A stretch of DNA of 64,000 nucleotides from Vulcanimicrobiota bacterium (GTDB taxonomy: Bacteria > Vulcanimicrobiota > Vulcanimicrobiia > Vulcanimicrobiales > Vulcanimicrobiaceae). Under the pieces are notes generated by a model that saw only the letters and a program-made list of their open reading frames with translations, was not told the origin of the DNA and did not search any database. The DNA lies in contig CAWHWQ010000008.1 of assembly GCA_963833095.1 (NCBI GenBank), forward strand, positions 165,906 to 229,905, given 5' to 3'. The translations under genes were made by a program, and so were the position numbers. This document shows, in pieces, positions 17,910 to 29,326 of this stretch; the first letter of the stretch is position 1; each line of letters starts with the position of its first letter.

Positions 17910-19780
17910 CGTATGTTGCTGCTTACTTTAGGTAGCCTCCCACGCTCGATGAAAAGCCCAACGATCGCAACGTCGGCCGGCGTGACGCCCGGGATCCGGC
18001 CTGCTGCGCCGAGCGTGCGCGGCCGTTGCGCGCTCAATTTCTCGCGTGCCTCGCGCGAGAGTGCCGAAATATCGGCATAATCAAAGTCCAGAGGAATGAG
18101 GGCGCGCTCCGCTTTGGCCGCGCGTTCGATCGCGATTTCCTGACGCCGCACGTACCCGGCGACTTTGAGTTGAATCGTGATGCGCTCGCCGATCTCAGGC
18201 GCAAGCCGCGGTTCGAACCGTTCCGCTATATCACCAAACTCCAGCGTCGGACGGCGCAAGGCGTCAGCTAGCGTTGCCCCCGCATCGAACTCCTGATCTT
18301 TGACGCGCTCGGCTCCGACGCGTGTGCGTTCGGCGCGGGTAATGCCCGCGTGCAACGACGCCTGGCGCACCTCGTAGGCCTCCCACGCAGCGTCATCGAC
18401 CAGGCCGATCTCGCGGCCGATCGGCGTCAGGCGCGTATCAGCGTTGTCGTGCCGCAGAATCACGCGATGTTCGGCGCGCGAGGTCAACATGCGATAGGGT
18501 TCGTCGACACCTTTGGTCACGAGATCGTCGATCAACACCCCGATGTACGCTTGACTGCGCGAAAGGCGTAGCGGCTCGCGTTCTTGCACCGCGCGCGCGG
18601 CGTTGATTCCCGCAAGCAACCCTTGCGCGGCGGCCTCTTCGTAGCCCGACGTCCCATTGAGTTGTCCGCAGTGATACAGCCCGGCGATGCGCTGCGTTTC
18701 GAGCGTATCGCGCAATTCGGTCGGCGGCACCATGTCGTATTCCACCGCATATCCGGCGCGCAACATCACACAGTCTTCCAACCCGGGCAGCGTATGCAGC
18801 ATTTGGATTTGAATTTCAGCCGGGAGCGAGGTCGAAAATCCGCCGACGTAGAGTGTGGGTTCGTTCCAGCCTTCGGGTTCGATGAAAAGTTGGTGCGACG
18901 GATTGTGGGCGAACTTCACCACTTTATCTTCGATCGACGGACAATAGCGCGGACCGATGCCTTCGATCAAATCGAGGCCGTACAGCGGCGAATACAAGAG
19001 GTTGTCGCGCACGAGTTTGTGCGTGCGCTCGTTGGTTTCGGTGACATAACACGGTAATTGCGGGCCGTTGAACGTTGCGTCGCTCGTGTAGGAAAACAGC
19101 AACGGCGTTGCGCTCGGCGGCTGCATGAGCATGTCGTCGTAATTGACGCTGGTTTTATCGATGCGCGGCGGCGTGCCGGTTTTGAGTCGTTTGGTCGGAA
19201 ACCCTAAGCGGCGCAGCGCATGCGCGAGACCGATCGCCGGCGCTTCGCCGAAACGTCCTTCGGCTTGCACGACGCTTCCGCGAAAGGTTTTACCGCCCAG
19301 AAACGTGCCGGTGGCGAGCACGACGCTGCGCGCGTAATGGCGCGCGCCGCCGGCGCATGCCACGCCACGAATGCGGCCGTCTTCGACGATGAGATCGTCA
19401 ACCAGGCCTTGCACGATTGTCAGGTTCGGCTGCGCGCGTAGCACGTCGATTGCAAGCCGCGCGTAGGCAGGCTTGTCCATGAGTTGACGCAGCGCGCGCA
19501 CCGCCGGACCCTTGCTCTCGTTCAAAAAACGCGCGTGCAGACTGCAACGATCGGCCATGCGCGCCATCGCACCGCCCAGCGCATCGATCTCGCGCACGAG
19601 TTGTCCCTTGGCGCTGCCGCCGATCGACGGATTGCACGGCAGCGTGCAGATCTTGTCAGGGTCGCCCGTGACCAGCATCGTTGGGACGCCCAGGCGCGCG
19701 GATGCGAGCGCCGCTTCAATGCCCGCATGACCCCCACCAACGACGATGACACCCGCGTCATCATTGTGTCCATTCTGCAT
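17906..19780 (-). CDS. mnmG: tRNA U34 carboxymethylaminomethyl modification enzyme GidA
   Basis: [72 protein letters not shown]. Confidence 0.98.
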   Translation of the reverse strand: MQNGHNDDAGVIVVGGGHAGIEAALASARLGVPTMLVTGDPDKICTLPCNPSIGGSAKGQLVREIDALGGAMARMADRCSLHARFLNESKGPAVRALRQLMDKPAYARLAIDVLRAQPNLTIVQGLVDDLIVEDGRIRGVACAGGARHYARSVVLATGTFLGGKTFRGSVVQAEGRFGEAPAIGLAHALRRLGFPTKRLKTGTPPRIDKTSVNYDDMLMQPPSATPLLFSYTSDATFNGPQLPCYVTETNERTHKLVRDNLLYSPLYGLDLIEGIGPRYCPSIEDKVVKFAHNPSHQLFIEPEGWNEPTLYVGGFSTSLPAEIQIQMLHTLPGLEDCVMLRAGYAVEYDMVPPTELRDTLETQRIAGLYHCGQLNGTSGYEEAAAQGLLAGINAARAVQEREPLRLSRSQAYIGVLIDDLVTKGVDEPYRMLTSRAEHRVILRHDNADTRLTPIGREIGLVDDAAWEAYEVRQASLHAGITRAERTRVGAERVKDQEFDAGATLADALRRPTLEFGDIAERFEPRLAPEIGERITIQLKVAGYVRRQEIAIERAAKAERALIPLDFDYADISALSREAREKLSAQRPRTLGAAGRIPGVTPADVAIVGLFIERGRLPKVSSNIR

Positions 19781-19821
19781 GCCAGGCGAGCGCTTTAAGA
19801 AGTTCGAAGCAAATACCTACT

Positions 19822-20199
19822 ATGAAGACGCTTCCAATGACGTTGGCCGCGCTCTTGAGTGTTGCGGCCCTCCTTATCGCACCTGCGGTCGCCCAGACGA
19901 TCAGCGTGAACCACGCGACTATGGCCATGACCGTCGGCCAGACCGCCGAGATCTACGTGGAATCGCACGGTGGCAGCGCGCCGGGCATCGCCGGCGGCAC
20001 ATGCGGGAGCTATCCGCCTGGGAAGCCCTCAGACATGGTCGCGATCACGCACTTCCACCAGTACAAGGTAAGCATCGGGGGCACGCTGACCCTCGACGTG
20101 AAAGCCCAGCATCCGGGGCGGTGCTATGTTCGCTATAGCACGAGTGGCAATAATGGCCGTCAAGCATTGACCCAGACGGACTTCACGGTGAAGCCATGA
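19822..20199 (+). CDS. Secreted hypothetical protein
   Basis: Signal peptide ending AVA-Q; beta-rich mature part with two Cys. Confidence 0.6.
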   Translation: MKTLPMTLAALLSVAALLIAPAVAQTISVNHATMAMTVGQTAEIYVESHGGSAPGIAGGTCGSYPPGKPSDMVAITHFHQYKVSIGGTLTLDVKAQHPGRCYVRYSTSGNNGRQALTQTDFTVKP

Positions 20200-20534
20200 C
20201 GAACGGACTGCGCATTAAAGCGCTGGCGAGCTTCGTGCTGGCATTCGCCACCTTTTCGGGCACGCTCGTCGATCGAACCACCGGGCAGCCCCTCACCCAC
20301 GTGCACGTGTACGTCGCCGGCCCAAGCGCCGAGGATGACATCACCGACGCTCACGGCCAGTTCACGCTCAAGAACCTCAAGCCGGGAAGCTACACGGTCA
20401 CGGTCGAGTCGAACGACGTGCCGCAGCAGACCTTCAAAGTGACGCTCTCCCATCGGATCACCGTCCTCACGATCAAGGCCTGCAGCACGACCCTCGACTA
20501 TCATTGCGCTGCGCCCGGCAGCGGTCCCGGCTAG
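20196..20534 (+). CDS. Carboxypeptidase-regulatory-like domain protein
   Basis: SGTLVDRTTGQPL...TDAHGQFTLKNLKPGSYTVTV. Confidence 0.8.
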   Translation: MTNGLRIKALASFVLAFATFSGTLVDRTTGQPLTHVHVYVAGPSAEDDITDAHGQFTLKNLKPGSYTVTVESNDVPQQTFKVTLSHRITVLTIKACSTTLDYHCAAPGSGPG

Positions 20535-21070
20535 GCCGTCGCGTGCGCGCGTAGCCGGAACGAAAACGCGATCATGATGATGCCGAAGAGAATCGCGTAG
20601 AAGCCGATCAGATAGATCACCGTGAGGATGCCGATCATCGGATAGATGATCAGCAGCACGCCGAAGACGATCGACAGGATTCCGCCCAGGATCAGCATCC
20701 ATTCGTTGGGGACTAGCGCGCGCAATTGGAAGGCCGCAATGAGTTCGAGGATCCCGGTGAGGATGGCCCAGATGGCGATCGCAAAATAGATCGAGAGTCC
20801 AGCCAGCCCCGGATAGAACACGACAAACGCCGCGACCACGATGCCGACGATGCCCTCGACCACGAAGGCGATCCAGCGTTCGTGCGCTTGTGCGGCGCGA
20901 AACGCCGAAACCAGCGCAAAAACGCCGTCGACAAACGCGTAGGCGCCGAATAAAAAGATCAGCGCCACGGCCGTTATGCCCGGCCAGAAAATCGCCAGAA
21001 GACCGAAAATCACCGCGGCAATACCGCGGATCAGCAACGCCCACCAGTTCCGTGCCAAAACTCCAAGCAT
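20531..21070 (-). CDS. HdeD/DUF308 family membrane protein
   Basis: NWWALLIRGIAAVIFG, LFGAYAFVDG, IAIWAILTGILELIAA, LIGFYAILFG; start ATG 21070. Confidence 0.88.
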   Translation of the reverse strand: MLGVLARNWWALLIRGIAAVIFGLLAIFWPGITAVALIFLFGAYAFVDGVFALVSAFRAAQAHERWIAFVVEGIVGIVVAAFVVFYPGLAGLSIYFAIAIWAILTGILELIAAFQLRALVPNEWMLILGGILSIVFGVLLIIYPMIGILTVIYLIGFYAILFGIIMIAFSFRLRAHATA

Positions 21071-21081
21071 GTCGTTCTCCC

Positions 21082-22422
21082 TCACTTGCCGATACAGAAG
21101 CGACCAAAGACGCCGCTGAGCACCTCGTCGGCGGCGACGTCTCCGGTGACGTGCCCGAGGGCAGCGTAAGCCTCCTGCAGGTCACCGACGATCAAATCAA
21201 CCGGCTCGCCAGCCCGGAGCGTTGCACTCGCCGCGTCGAGGGAACCGAGTGCCGCGCGTACGGCGTCGAACTCGCGCGCCGAGGCCAGGTGCGGCCGCTC
21301 GAGATCCGGTTGCTCGCCGCCCCAACCGACGCGGGCCAAGGAGGTGCGCACCGCGCGAATCGTGCCCGGCTCGTAGACGCTGCCGCTGATCGCGTCGGCG
21401 ATCCCGGCCTCGCGCGCCCCCGCTTCGCCCAGATCGGCCTTGTTGAAAAAGACGACGCGGTCGGCTGCTTTGGTTCGCGCGAGCAGCGCACGCGCGGCGT
21501 CCGAGAGCGGAGCGGACCCGTCGAGCACGAGCAGGGCGACGCGTGCGGATTCGAGCGCGCGCTGCGACCGTTCGATACCCGCGGCTTCCAAACGATCGGC
21601 ATGTTCACGAATGCCCGCGGTATCGACCAGGCGAACGCGCACGCCGTCGATGGCAATCGACTCCTCGATGGTATCGCGGGTCGTGCCCGCAATCTCGGAG
21701 ACGATTGCGCGTTCCTCGCCGAGCAACGCGTTGAGCAGCGAGGATTTCCCGGCGTTGGGTGGACCGACGATCGCTACCGTCACGCCTTCGCGCACCAGTC
21801 GCCCCACTTCGCCGTCGTGCTGCAGGCGCTGTAATTCGGCGACGATCGCGTCGAGTTCGTGCAACACGTGCGCGCGATCGGGATCGGGCACTTCTTCGGG
21901 AAAGTCGACCGCGCCGCTGCAATCTTCGACGATAGCCGTCAAACGCGCGCGAAGCGCGTTGACCTCGCCTGCAAGGCCACCGCCGAGATTGGCGAGTGCG
22001 GCACGTGCTGCCGAACGCGTCTCAGCGTCGATGACGTCGGCGACGGCCGCGGCGGCGTGCAGATCCATCTTGCCGTGCATAAAAGCGCGACGTGTAAACT
22101 CTCCGGGCTCCGCGAGACGCGCGCCCACCGCAAGCAACGCGCGCAACACCTCGCGCGCTACGATCGGCGAACCGTGAATCTGCAGCTCGAGCGTATCCTC
22201 GCCGGTGTAGCTGTGCGGTTGCGGCGAAAAGATCGCAACACCGCGATCGATCTGCGCTCCGCGCTCGTCGACGATGCTGGTATAGTGCGCGTAGCGCGGA
22301 CGCAGTCGCGCCGACGGCACGATCCGCGCGGCAATCGCGCGCACATCCGGTCCGCTGATGCGCACGATCGCGATCGCGCCGCGTCCCGGCGGCGTCGCGA
22401 GCGCAGCAATCGTCTCGCTCAC
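21082..22422 (-). CDS. mnmE: tRNA modification GTPase MnmE/TrmE
   Basis: TIAALATPPGRGAIAIVRISG, SYTGED, AEPGEFTRRAF, GPPNAGKSSLLN, DTAGIR, NKAD, FCIGK. Confidence 0.98.
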   Translation of the reverse strand: MSETIAALATPPGRGAIAIVRISGPDVRAIAARIVPSARLRPRYAHYTSIVDERGAQIDRGVAIFSPQPHSYTGEDTLELQIHGSPIVAREVLRALLAVGARLAEPGEFTRRAFMHGKMDLHAAAAVADVIDAETRSAARAALANLGGGLAGEVNALRARLTAIVEDCSGAVDFPEEVPDPDRAHVLHELDAIVAELQRLQHDGEVGRLVREGVTVAIVGPPNAGKSSLLNALLGEERAIVSEIAGTTRDTIEESIAIDGVRVRLVDTAGIREHADRLEAAGIERSQRALESARVALLVLDGSAPLSDAARALLARTKAADRVVFFNKADLGEAGAREAGIADAISGSVYEPGTIRAVRTSLARVGWGGEQPDLERPHLASAREFDAVRAALGSLDAASATLRAGEPVDLIVGDLQEAYAALGHVTGDVAADEVLSGVFGRFCIGK

Positions 22423-23965
22423 GGCAACGACCAGTCTTGCGTCTGACTGAAATTGTAGAGCATGTTCGGTGCAAAACCTTGCAGCGCTGGATTGATCGCT
22501 TCGAACTCTTCGCGCTCCACCAGAAAGGTCACCGGAAGTTCGGTCGCGATGCGCGTTTGCATGATCCAGAATTGCTTTGTGCGCGCCGGCGCGTCGAGCG
22601 CGCGCTGCTGCGCGCTAAAAGCTGCATCGTAGCGTGCGTCGCACCAGCGCGCGACATTGGGACCGTTGGGTGCGCGGTTGGCGCAGATCCAGGGCTCCGA
22701 GGCTTCTGGATCGAGCCCGCCGTACCAGCCGCCGACCTCCAGATCGAACTTGCCGTCGTAGAGCACTCCGCCTTGGGCCGGCGGGGCGTAGAGCAAACTC
22801 GGCGTTGCGCCGTCCAGCGTCGCATCGATGCCCACCGCGCGCAGATTTTCTTGGATCACCGTCGCCACGCTCTTATAGATGTTCTCCGAGAGATTGAACG
22901 TAATTCGTACGGCGATGTGCCGGCCGGCGAGCATCTCGCGCGCACGCACCGGATCGAACCTTGGCGCAGCGATCGTTGGATCGTGCTGCGCAAAGAGCGT
23001 CGCTATTTCGGTGGTCGCAAGCGGGCTATAGCCATGATAAACGGTGCGCGCGATCGTCGAGCGGTCGATCGCGAAGGCAATGGCCCGGCGCACGACGCGA
23101 TCGGGAAGACGCTGCGTTTGCATTTCGACGAAGTCGATCTCATTGCGCCGCACACCCACGACCCCGGTGCCCGCGACGCGGCGCGATTGCGCAACTTGAT
23201 CGTAGGTAACGTCCGTAAAATCGATGGAATGCGCAAGCAGGTCGATATATGCCGTATTTTCGTCGGCGATCATCTTCACGACGATCCGGTGAAGCAGCGG
23301 TTTTTGCCACGCGTACGGATTGGCATCCAAGATGACGGAATCGCCGCGATTCCATTGCGCGACGCGAAATGGTCCCGTGCCAAAGGGCCGTTCGTTCCAC
23401 GCGGTCGCGTGCGCGAGATCGGTAGCTCGTAAACGCGTGGGCCGGCAAAATGCCGAAGATATAATCGCTCGCCGCGAACAACTCGTAGAGCGCGCCCGAC
23501 CACGGATGTCGAGCCGAATGCGGACGGTGTGGGGTCGGGCGTCTCCAGCGCCGCGATACGCCGATAGGGTCGGCTTCGGTGACCGGATTACGCGCGTCGA
23601 GAATCGCACGGTAGGTGAAGGCGACATCGCGCGACGTGAACGGCACGCCGTCGGCAAATTCACGCCCGGCCGCAAGTGGTAGATGATCGTCAATCCATCG
23701 CGCGAAATACCGCCGTTTGCAACGCTGGGCACGGCTTCGCAAAGGACCGGAATCGGTTTGTTTGCGGGACTGAGCCGACTAACGGCTGCGTGTAGAGTTG
23801 CGTAAGATCGATCAGGCGTTGCCCGAATGCAATCAGCGGATCGAGCGTATAGATCGTGCCGAGATACCCGATGCGCACCTCGCCCGGCATGCCCCATTGC
23901 GCACCGCTGCGCGCGCAGGACGGCGAGGCGAGGAGCAAGAGCGCGAGTCGGGCGTTACGCAGCAC
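22419..23965 (-). CDS. Peptide ABC transporter substrate-binding protein (SBP family 5); apparent frameshifts
   Basis: GGISRDGLTI.YHLRPG, DGVPFTSRDVAFT, PFGTGPF, VRRAIAFAIDR, IQENLRAVGID; N-terminal signal. Confidence 0.85.
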
Positions 23966-24412
23966 CCTTGCGGAATCGTTCGATCGCCCGCAGAGTCCTT
24001 GCGGATCATCGGTCCCCAGTGTCACACGATCGCCGTCATAGTAAAAATCTCCACCGCTCGAACCGCCCACGTTCCACAGCCAACCATGCCAGATTGTCCA
24101 GTGGAAGCCGGCGCTGCCGAGCTCCGTCAGATTCAGCTTGACCTGTTCCGCACGCGCGATCCGATCGAATGAGATCCGCCCGCCCGGCCAGCCCCAGGTA
24201 AACGACCACGCCACGCCCATTGCGTCGACGTGCGTGATCAACGTGGAAACCATCCACCACACGGTCCCCACGATGGCAATGGTGATCCAGGGGACCCACA
24301 TGCCCGGCTCGCCGCGAACGACAACCACCACAGCGATATCGACAGCCACCACGACGCCCATGAGCAGGTCCATCCAGCGCGCCACACGTTGGCGATGCAC
24401 GTACGGTTGCAT
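23955..24412 (-). CDS. Membrane protein (2 TM plus PH-like C-terminus); apparent frameshifts
   Basis: Two TM helices, then GFHWTIWHGWLWNVGG and RVTLGTDDPQGL. Confidence 0.6.
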
Positions 24413-24427
24413 ACGGCGCTCTACTGA

Positions 24428-24454
24428 GAAAAACGGCGCGGGTTACGCGCCGTT
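24428..24454 (-). terminator. Intrinsic terminator after jag
   Basis: Minus strand AACGGCGCG-taacc-CGCGCCGTT followed by a T run. Confidence 0.7.
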
Positions 24455-24459
24455 GTCGT

Positions 24460-25158
24460 TTACGTCGGGTGGATGACCACGCAGCGTTCGGGCTCTTCGC
24501 CCTCGGATTCGGTTCGGACCGCAGCGGATTGTCGGCGATCGCGAGATGCACGATCTTGCGTTCCGACGGGAGCATCGGTTCGAGCTTGTGCGGCTTGCCG
24601 TCGCGCAGCACGCGCTCGGCGGTCGCCAGCGCGAGCTCTTTGAGCTGATCGGCGCGACGCGCGCGATAGCCCTCGGCATCGATCGTGTAGTAGCGGCGGT
24701 TGTTACGCACGCCGGCGTTGATGATGTTGTTGAAGATCAGGTTGAGCGCTTCGAGCGTGTTGCCGTGGCGGCCGATCAGCATCGCAAGATCGGGGCCGGT
24801 CACTTCGAGATACTCGCCCTCTTTGCGCGGAATGTAACCGATGTCGACGTGGTCCATGCCCATGTGCGTTAGAGTATCGAAGCGAGCAAATCGCGCGCCG
24901 GTTTGGCGTCGTCGGGGAACTCGAGCGTCGATTTTATCGTAGCGCGCGCGACGGTGCGCCGCGGCTCGGCCACCGCCGCCGCCAATCCGCCGCCGCGCCG
25001 CCGCCGCCGTCCGCCGCGTGCCGTCCGCCGCCGCCGCCGCGGCGTCCGCCGCCCGTGCCGGTGCCGGTGGTGCGTTCACCGGTCGTCTTGCCGGGAATCT
25101 GCCGGTCGCGAATGTTGGCCGGCTGTTCTTCGAATTCGTAGTCATCTTCGTAGAGCAT
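24460..25158 (-). CDS. jag: Jag/KhpB (EloR) KH + R3H RNA-binding protein; apparent frameshifts
   Basis: DLAMLIGRHGNTLEAL, IDAEGYRARR, LEPMLPSERKIVH; located downstream of yidC. Confidence 0.88.
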
Positions 25159-25159
25159 G

Positions 25160-26006
25160 TTAGGATTTCGCGCCTTTCTTCGTTTCTTGCGCTTTCGAAG
25201 TGCCGTTGCCGCCTGTCAGCGCCTGCCGCTGGAGCTGCTGCGGACGACGTCGTCGGTAATCACGTGCGTCGCTGTCGATGAAACGACAGCGGTTCGTGGA
25301 AGCGCCGCAGCATGTAGAACTGTTGCGCCATCGTGAAAAAGGTTGGAGCAGAGCCAGTACAGCACCATGCGCCGACGGCCACGCGTATTGAAAGCCGATG
25401 ACGAAAAGACATCACCGGCGAGAGAATCGGCATCATCTTCTGCGTTTGCGCCTGCGCCGGATCGGTCGCGGGCATCGTGCCAAAGCGCACGCTGATGTAC
25501 ATCGAAATGCCGTAAAGTCACGAGCAGGATCGCGTCGGCCTGCGCAAGGTCTGGCGCGATCAGCGCGATTTTCCCGAAAAGGTGCGGCGCGATCGCCACA
25601 GACCGACCCACAAGAAATGCTGGTTCGCGTACAGTTCCTTGTTCTGCGTGACCACGTAGAAGACGCTGATGATGAACGGGTACTGCACGAGCAGCGGCAG
25701 GCAGCCGCGAGCGGATTGACGCCTTCGCTCTTGTAGAGCGCCATCGTCTCTTGCTGCAAGCTTCGTCTGATCGTTCTTGTACTTGGCCTGCAGCGTTTTT
25801 ATCTTGGGGGCGATTTTTTGCATCGCCATCATCGACTTGAACTGCTGCGCGTTGAGCGGCCAGAAAAGCACGCGGAACAGCAGCGCCAGCACGACCAGGC
25901 TCAAGCCCAGATTGTGCAGCGGAATGATTGATGTAGGTGACGATCACCGCGAGCCAGTGAACGATGGGATCGAGCACACGGGTTCGATCGCGAGTAGGAA
26001 GTGCAA
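25160..26006 (-). CDS. yidC: Membrane protein insertase YidC; apparent frameshifts
   Basis: LFWPLNAQQFKSMMAMQKIAPKIKTLQAKYKND, LYKSEGVNP, GCLPLLVQYP, QKMM, LYW; canonical position. Confidence 0.92.
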
Positions 26007-26009
26007 CGG

Positions 26010-26249
26010 TTACCTTTCGACGGAGCGAAGCGCACGCGTCGGGCACAAGGTCGACGCCGCCCGGGTGCCACGGGTGGCAGCGCAGCAGGCGCGCAGCGCG
26101 AGCCGCGATGCCCCGCAGATCGCCCCGTGTTTCTGGATCGCCTCGGCCGCATACTGCGAGCAGCTCGGATAGAACCGGCAACGCCGGCCTAACAGCGGCG
26201 AAATCGTCACCTGGTAGAGACGGATCAGCAGAAGGAGGGGAGTCCGCAT
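26010..26249 (-). CDS. yidD: Membrane protein insertion efficiency factor
   Basis: [35 protein letters not shown], then [17 protein letters not shown] in a shifted frame. Confidence 0.93.
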   Translation of the reverse strand: MRTPLLLLIRLYQVTISPLLGRRCRFYPSCSQYAAEAIQKHGAICGASRLALRACCAATRGTRAASTLCPTRALRSVER

Positions 26250-26255
26250 GGGCGC

Positions 26256-26575
26256 CTATACCAGCGCCCGTTCGAGTTCGTTTCGCAGCTGCGCGAACGG
26301 CGCGACTGCGGCAGCGGGCCGCGCCACCACGAGCAGTCCGTAGCCGGCGACCGGCGAGAGCATGCTGCAAAATCGCCGCCACCCGGCGGCGAATTTTATT
26401 CCGAACGACGGCTTTGCCGACGGGTTTGGCCACCGTGATGCCGACGACCGCGCGTCCGGTCCGCCTGGAGCGGCTCGGCCCGGTAGACGGTGAGCGCGCC
26501 GGCTGTATAGCGCCGGCCACGCTGGCGCAGACGGGAAAACTCCGCAGCGCGCCGCAGGCTGGCATAGCGGCGCAT
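26256..26575 (-). CDS. rnpA: Ribonuclease P protein component; apparent frameshifts
   Basis: [22 protein letters not shown] and VGITVAKPVGKAVVRNKIRRR; abuts the rpmH stop. Confidence 0.92.
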
Positions 26576-26709
26576 CAGGCGCTGAGGCGGTGACGCCCCT
26601 TCTTGCGGCGGCGCGCGAGAACCGCGCGACCGTTCTTGGTGCTCATCCGTTCAAGGAAGCCGTGGACGCGCTTGCGTCGGCGGTTGTGCGGCTGAAACGT
26701 CCGCTTCAT
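26575..26709 (-). CDS. rpmH: 50S ribosomal protein L34
   Basis: Hand translation [52 protein letters not shown]. Confidence 0.98.
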   Translation of the reverse strand: MKRTFQPHNRRRKRVHGFLERMSTKNGRAVLARRRKKGRHRLSA

Positions 26710-26875
26710 GGTCGATAGCTCCTAAAGAAAATATAGCCGCACAGCCGGCGGCAGACAGCGCCTTAGTATAGGGGAGGCCCACCCCGCCCGTCAACCGCGT
26801 TGGCCGGTTCGGATTCTCGGCAAACTCCAATTTAGCCGACGTTTCGCCTATCTGCCGGCGCGGCACAATCCAAGC

Positions 26876-27193
26876 ATGGAGGTCTTATTCATGCTTCGTC
26901 GTTCTCTCGCACTCTTAGCCCTCGCAGCGTGCGCGGGATTTAGCGGTCTCGGCGCTTCGGCGCAGGGCTACGGTCCGCGCTACGCCCCACCGCCTCCCCG
27001 TTATGAACGCCACGGGCCGCCGCCGCATTCCGGCTACGTCTGGGTCGGCGGTTACCATCGCTGGAACGGCCACGCCTACATTTGGATCGGGGGCGGATGG
27101 CAACGCCCGCCGCGCTACGGTGCGGTTTGGATCCCGGGTCGCTATGTCAACCGCGGCGGCTACTACGTCTGGATCCCGGGCCACTGGAGCTAG
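26876..27193 (+). CDS. Secreted YXWGXW-repeat protein
   Basis: Signal peptide, APPPPRYE, GYVWVGGYHRWNGHAYIWIGGGW, AVWIPGRY...YVWIPGHW; start 26876 or 26891. Confidence 0.88.
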   Translation: MEVLFMLRRSLALLALAACAGFSGLGASAQGYGPRYAPPPPRYERHGPPPHSGYVWVGGYHRWNGHAYIWIGGGWQRPPRYGAVWIPGRYVNRGGYYVWIPGHWS

Positions 27194-27207
27194 TTGACGC
27201 AAAACGC

Positions 27208-27237
27208 GCTGCGGCGGCGGCAATCGACCGCCGCAGC
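27208..27237. terminator. GC-rich hairpin after the YXWGXW gene
   Basis: GCTGCGGCGG-N10-CCGCCGCAGC; weak U-tract. Confidence 0.4.
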
Positions 27238-27367
27238 AATCCTTAATAATGCGCAAGCGAGGCGGCTCCACGAAACTCGTGGGCGGCCAAGTTTACCTAG
27301 CGCTCGGTCAGCCGAGCACGCCCGGCTGCGGGCATGATCCGCATGGTCGAGAGCAAAAACCGATGCG

Positions 27368-27545
27368 CTTTCCACACGTGTGGATAGCGTTGTGGACAAC
27401 CGCTTTCTAAAGGGTTGCCCAAAACGCGAATTTCCGGCGTCGGACCGGGCTATTTCCAGGCTGTCAAGGGGTCGTTTTGATGAGTGCCTGATGCAGCGAA
27501 AAGCCCCGAAAAACCGCGTTGCTCGCCTTGTGGATAAGTGCATAA
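27368..27545. promoter_or_regulatory. DnaA-box cluster upstream of dnaA (oriC part 1)
   Basis: CTTTCCACA 27368, TGTGGATAG 27379, TGTGGACAA 27391, perfect TGTGGATAA 27529-27537, AGTGCATAA 27537. Confidence 0.85.
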
Positions 27546-27684
27546 AGTCGTGGAAGAAATTCGCAGGAGCACCGCCTGATTAAGCCAACCGATTGCGTCC
27601 TCACCGAGCGCACGCATTTGTGACTATCAGTCGCACTTCCGGGCGGATCGGACTTCGTTACTCGACGCACGGAGCACGCATAGG

Positions 27685-29048
27685 ATGGCGCTTGCGGTTG
27701 GCAATTCGGACATCTCGAATCAACTGTGGCTTTCGGCACTGGAGGCCCTCGAGCGGAAATTCTCCAAGCCGATCTTCGAGATGTGGATCAAGCCGATCCG
27801 CCTGGTTTCGATCAGTGGGGACGCGCTCGTCCTCTCGGTTCAGAGCAACTTCGCCCGGGATTGGGTCGAGCACCGCCTCAAGACCCAGATCGCCGAGGTG
27901 CTCTGCGAGGTCTTCGGCGCGTCCTTGGATTTGCAGTTCACCGTAGCCGAGCCGGATAACGCGCCCGCCGGGGCCGCCCCGGTCGCTCAGAGCCCGATGC
28001 GGGCCCACGAAGAGCTGCGAGCTCGAACCTCAACGCGCGCTACACCTTCGAAGAGTTCGTCATCGGCAATTCCAACCGGTTCGCCCACGCGGCCGCGCAA
28101 GCCGTCGCCGAGCGCACCGGCGCGCGCCTACAACCCGCTCTTTCTGTACGGCGGCGTGGGACTGGGCAAGACGCACTTGATGCACGCGATCGGCCACCGC
28201 GTGCTGCATCGACAATCCCAGCGCCAACGTCGTGTACGTCTCGTGCGAGAAGTTCACCAACGAATTCATCATCGCGATGCAGAACAACCACACGCCTGAG
28301 TTTCGCAACCGATACCGGCACGTCGACGTGCTGCTGATCGACGACATTCAATTTCTCGCAGGCAAAGAGACGACGCAAGAAGAGTTCTTCCACACCTTCA
28401 ACGCGCTGCACGAGTCGGGCCGCCAATTGATCATCAGTTCCGATCGGCCGCCCAAAGAAATTCAAACGCTCGAGTCGCGCTTGCGTTCGCGGTTCGAATG
28501 GGGCTTGCTCACCGACATTCAAGCGCCCGATCTTGAAACGCGCGAAGCGATTCTGCGCAAGAAAGCCGAGAGCGAGAAGATTCCCGTGCCCGACGAAGTG
28601 ACGTCGTTCATCGCCAAAGTGATTCCCTCGAACATCCGCGAGCTCGAAGGCGCGCTGATCCGCGTCGTCGCGTTCGCGTCGCTGACGAAATCGCCGATCA
28701 CGGTCGACCTCGCCGCCGAAGTGCTCAAGAGCGCGGTCGCGCAGGCGCCGCTGCAGCGCGTCACGATCGGCAAGATCAAAGAGAAGGTGGCCGAGCGCAC
28801 ATGGGCTTACCGTCAAGGAGATGGACAACGGCCGGCGCGATCAGCGCCTGGCGGCGCCGCGGCAGATCGCGATGTACATCGCGACCGAACTGACCGACTA
28901 CTCGCTGCCGCAGATCGCGCGCGAGTTCGGCAAGAAAGACCACACGACGGTCATGTATGCGCGCGACAAGATCAAGGACCAGATGCAGCGCGACGAAGCC
29001 TACCGCAATAAAATCCGGCAACTCATCGCCATGTGTCAGTCACCCTAG
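27685..29048 (+). CDS. dnaA: Chromosomal replication initiator; apparent frameshifts
   Basis: [70 protein letters not shown]...KDHTTVMYA. Confidence 0.97.
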
Positions 29049-29055
29049 CGCGAGC

Positions 29056-29086
29056 GGCCGGGACGAAAATCCCGGCCTTCTTTATT
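29056..29086 (+). terminator. Intrinsic terminator after dnaA
   Basis: GGCCGGGA-cgaaaa-TCCCGGCC-TTCTTTATT. Confidence 0.75.
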
Positions 29087-29119
29087 ACCATTGCTCACCG
29101 AAGGCCACACAAGGGCGCG

Positions 29120-29300
29120 CCTTTCCGAGTGGATAACAGGCTCGGGGTCGGAAGCGGTGGAAATGTGTATCGACCGGCGGCGATCGATCCACAGCTTATT
29201 CCAAGCGGAAACCCGCGCCAGAACAAGCAAAAAGGCACTTATCCGCGGAATACACCGCCCTACTACTGTTACGGCTCTATTTATATAACTTACTACGAAC
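29120..29300. promoter_or_regulatory. oriC part 2: degenerate DnaA boxes, DnaA-trios and AT-rich unwinding element
   Basis: AGTGGATAA, GATCCACA, then TTATCCGCG-GAATACACC-GCC-CTACTACTGTTAC...CTATTTATATAAC (29239-29290) in the dnaA-dnaN spacer. Confidence 0.8.
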
Positions 29301-29326
29301 CACGACGACGCTCGGATCGGTGGAAG

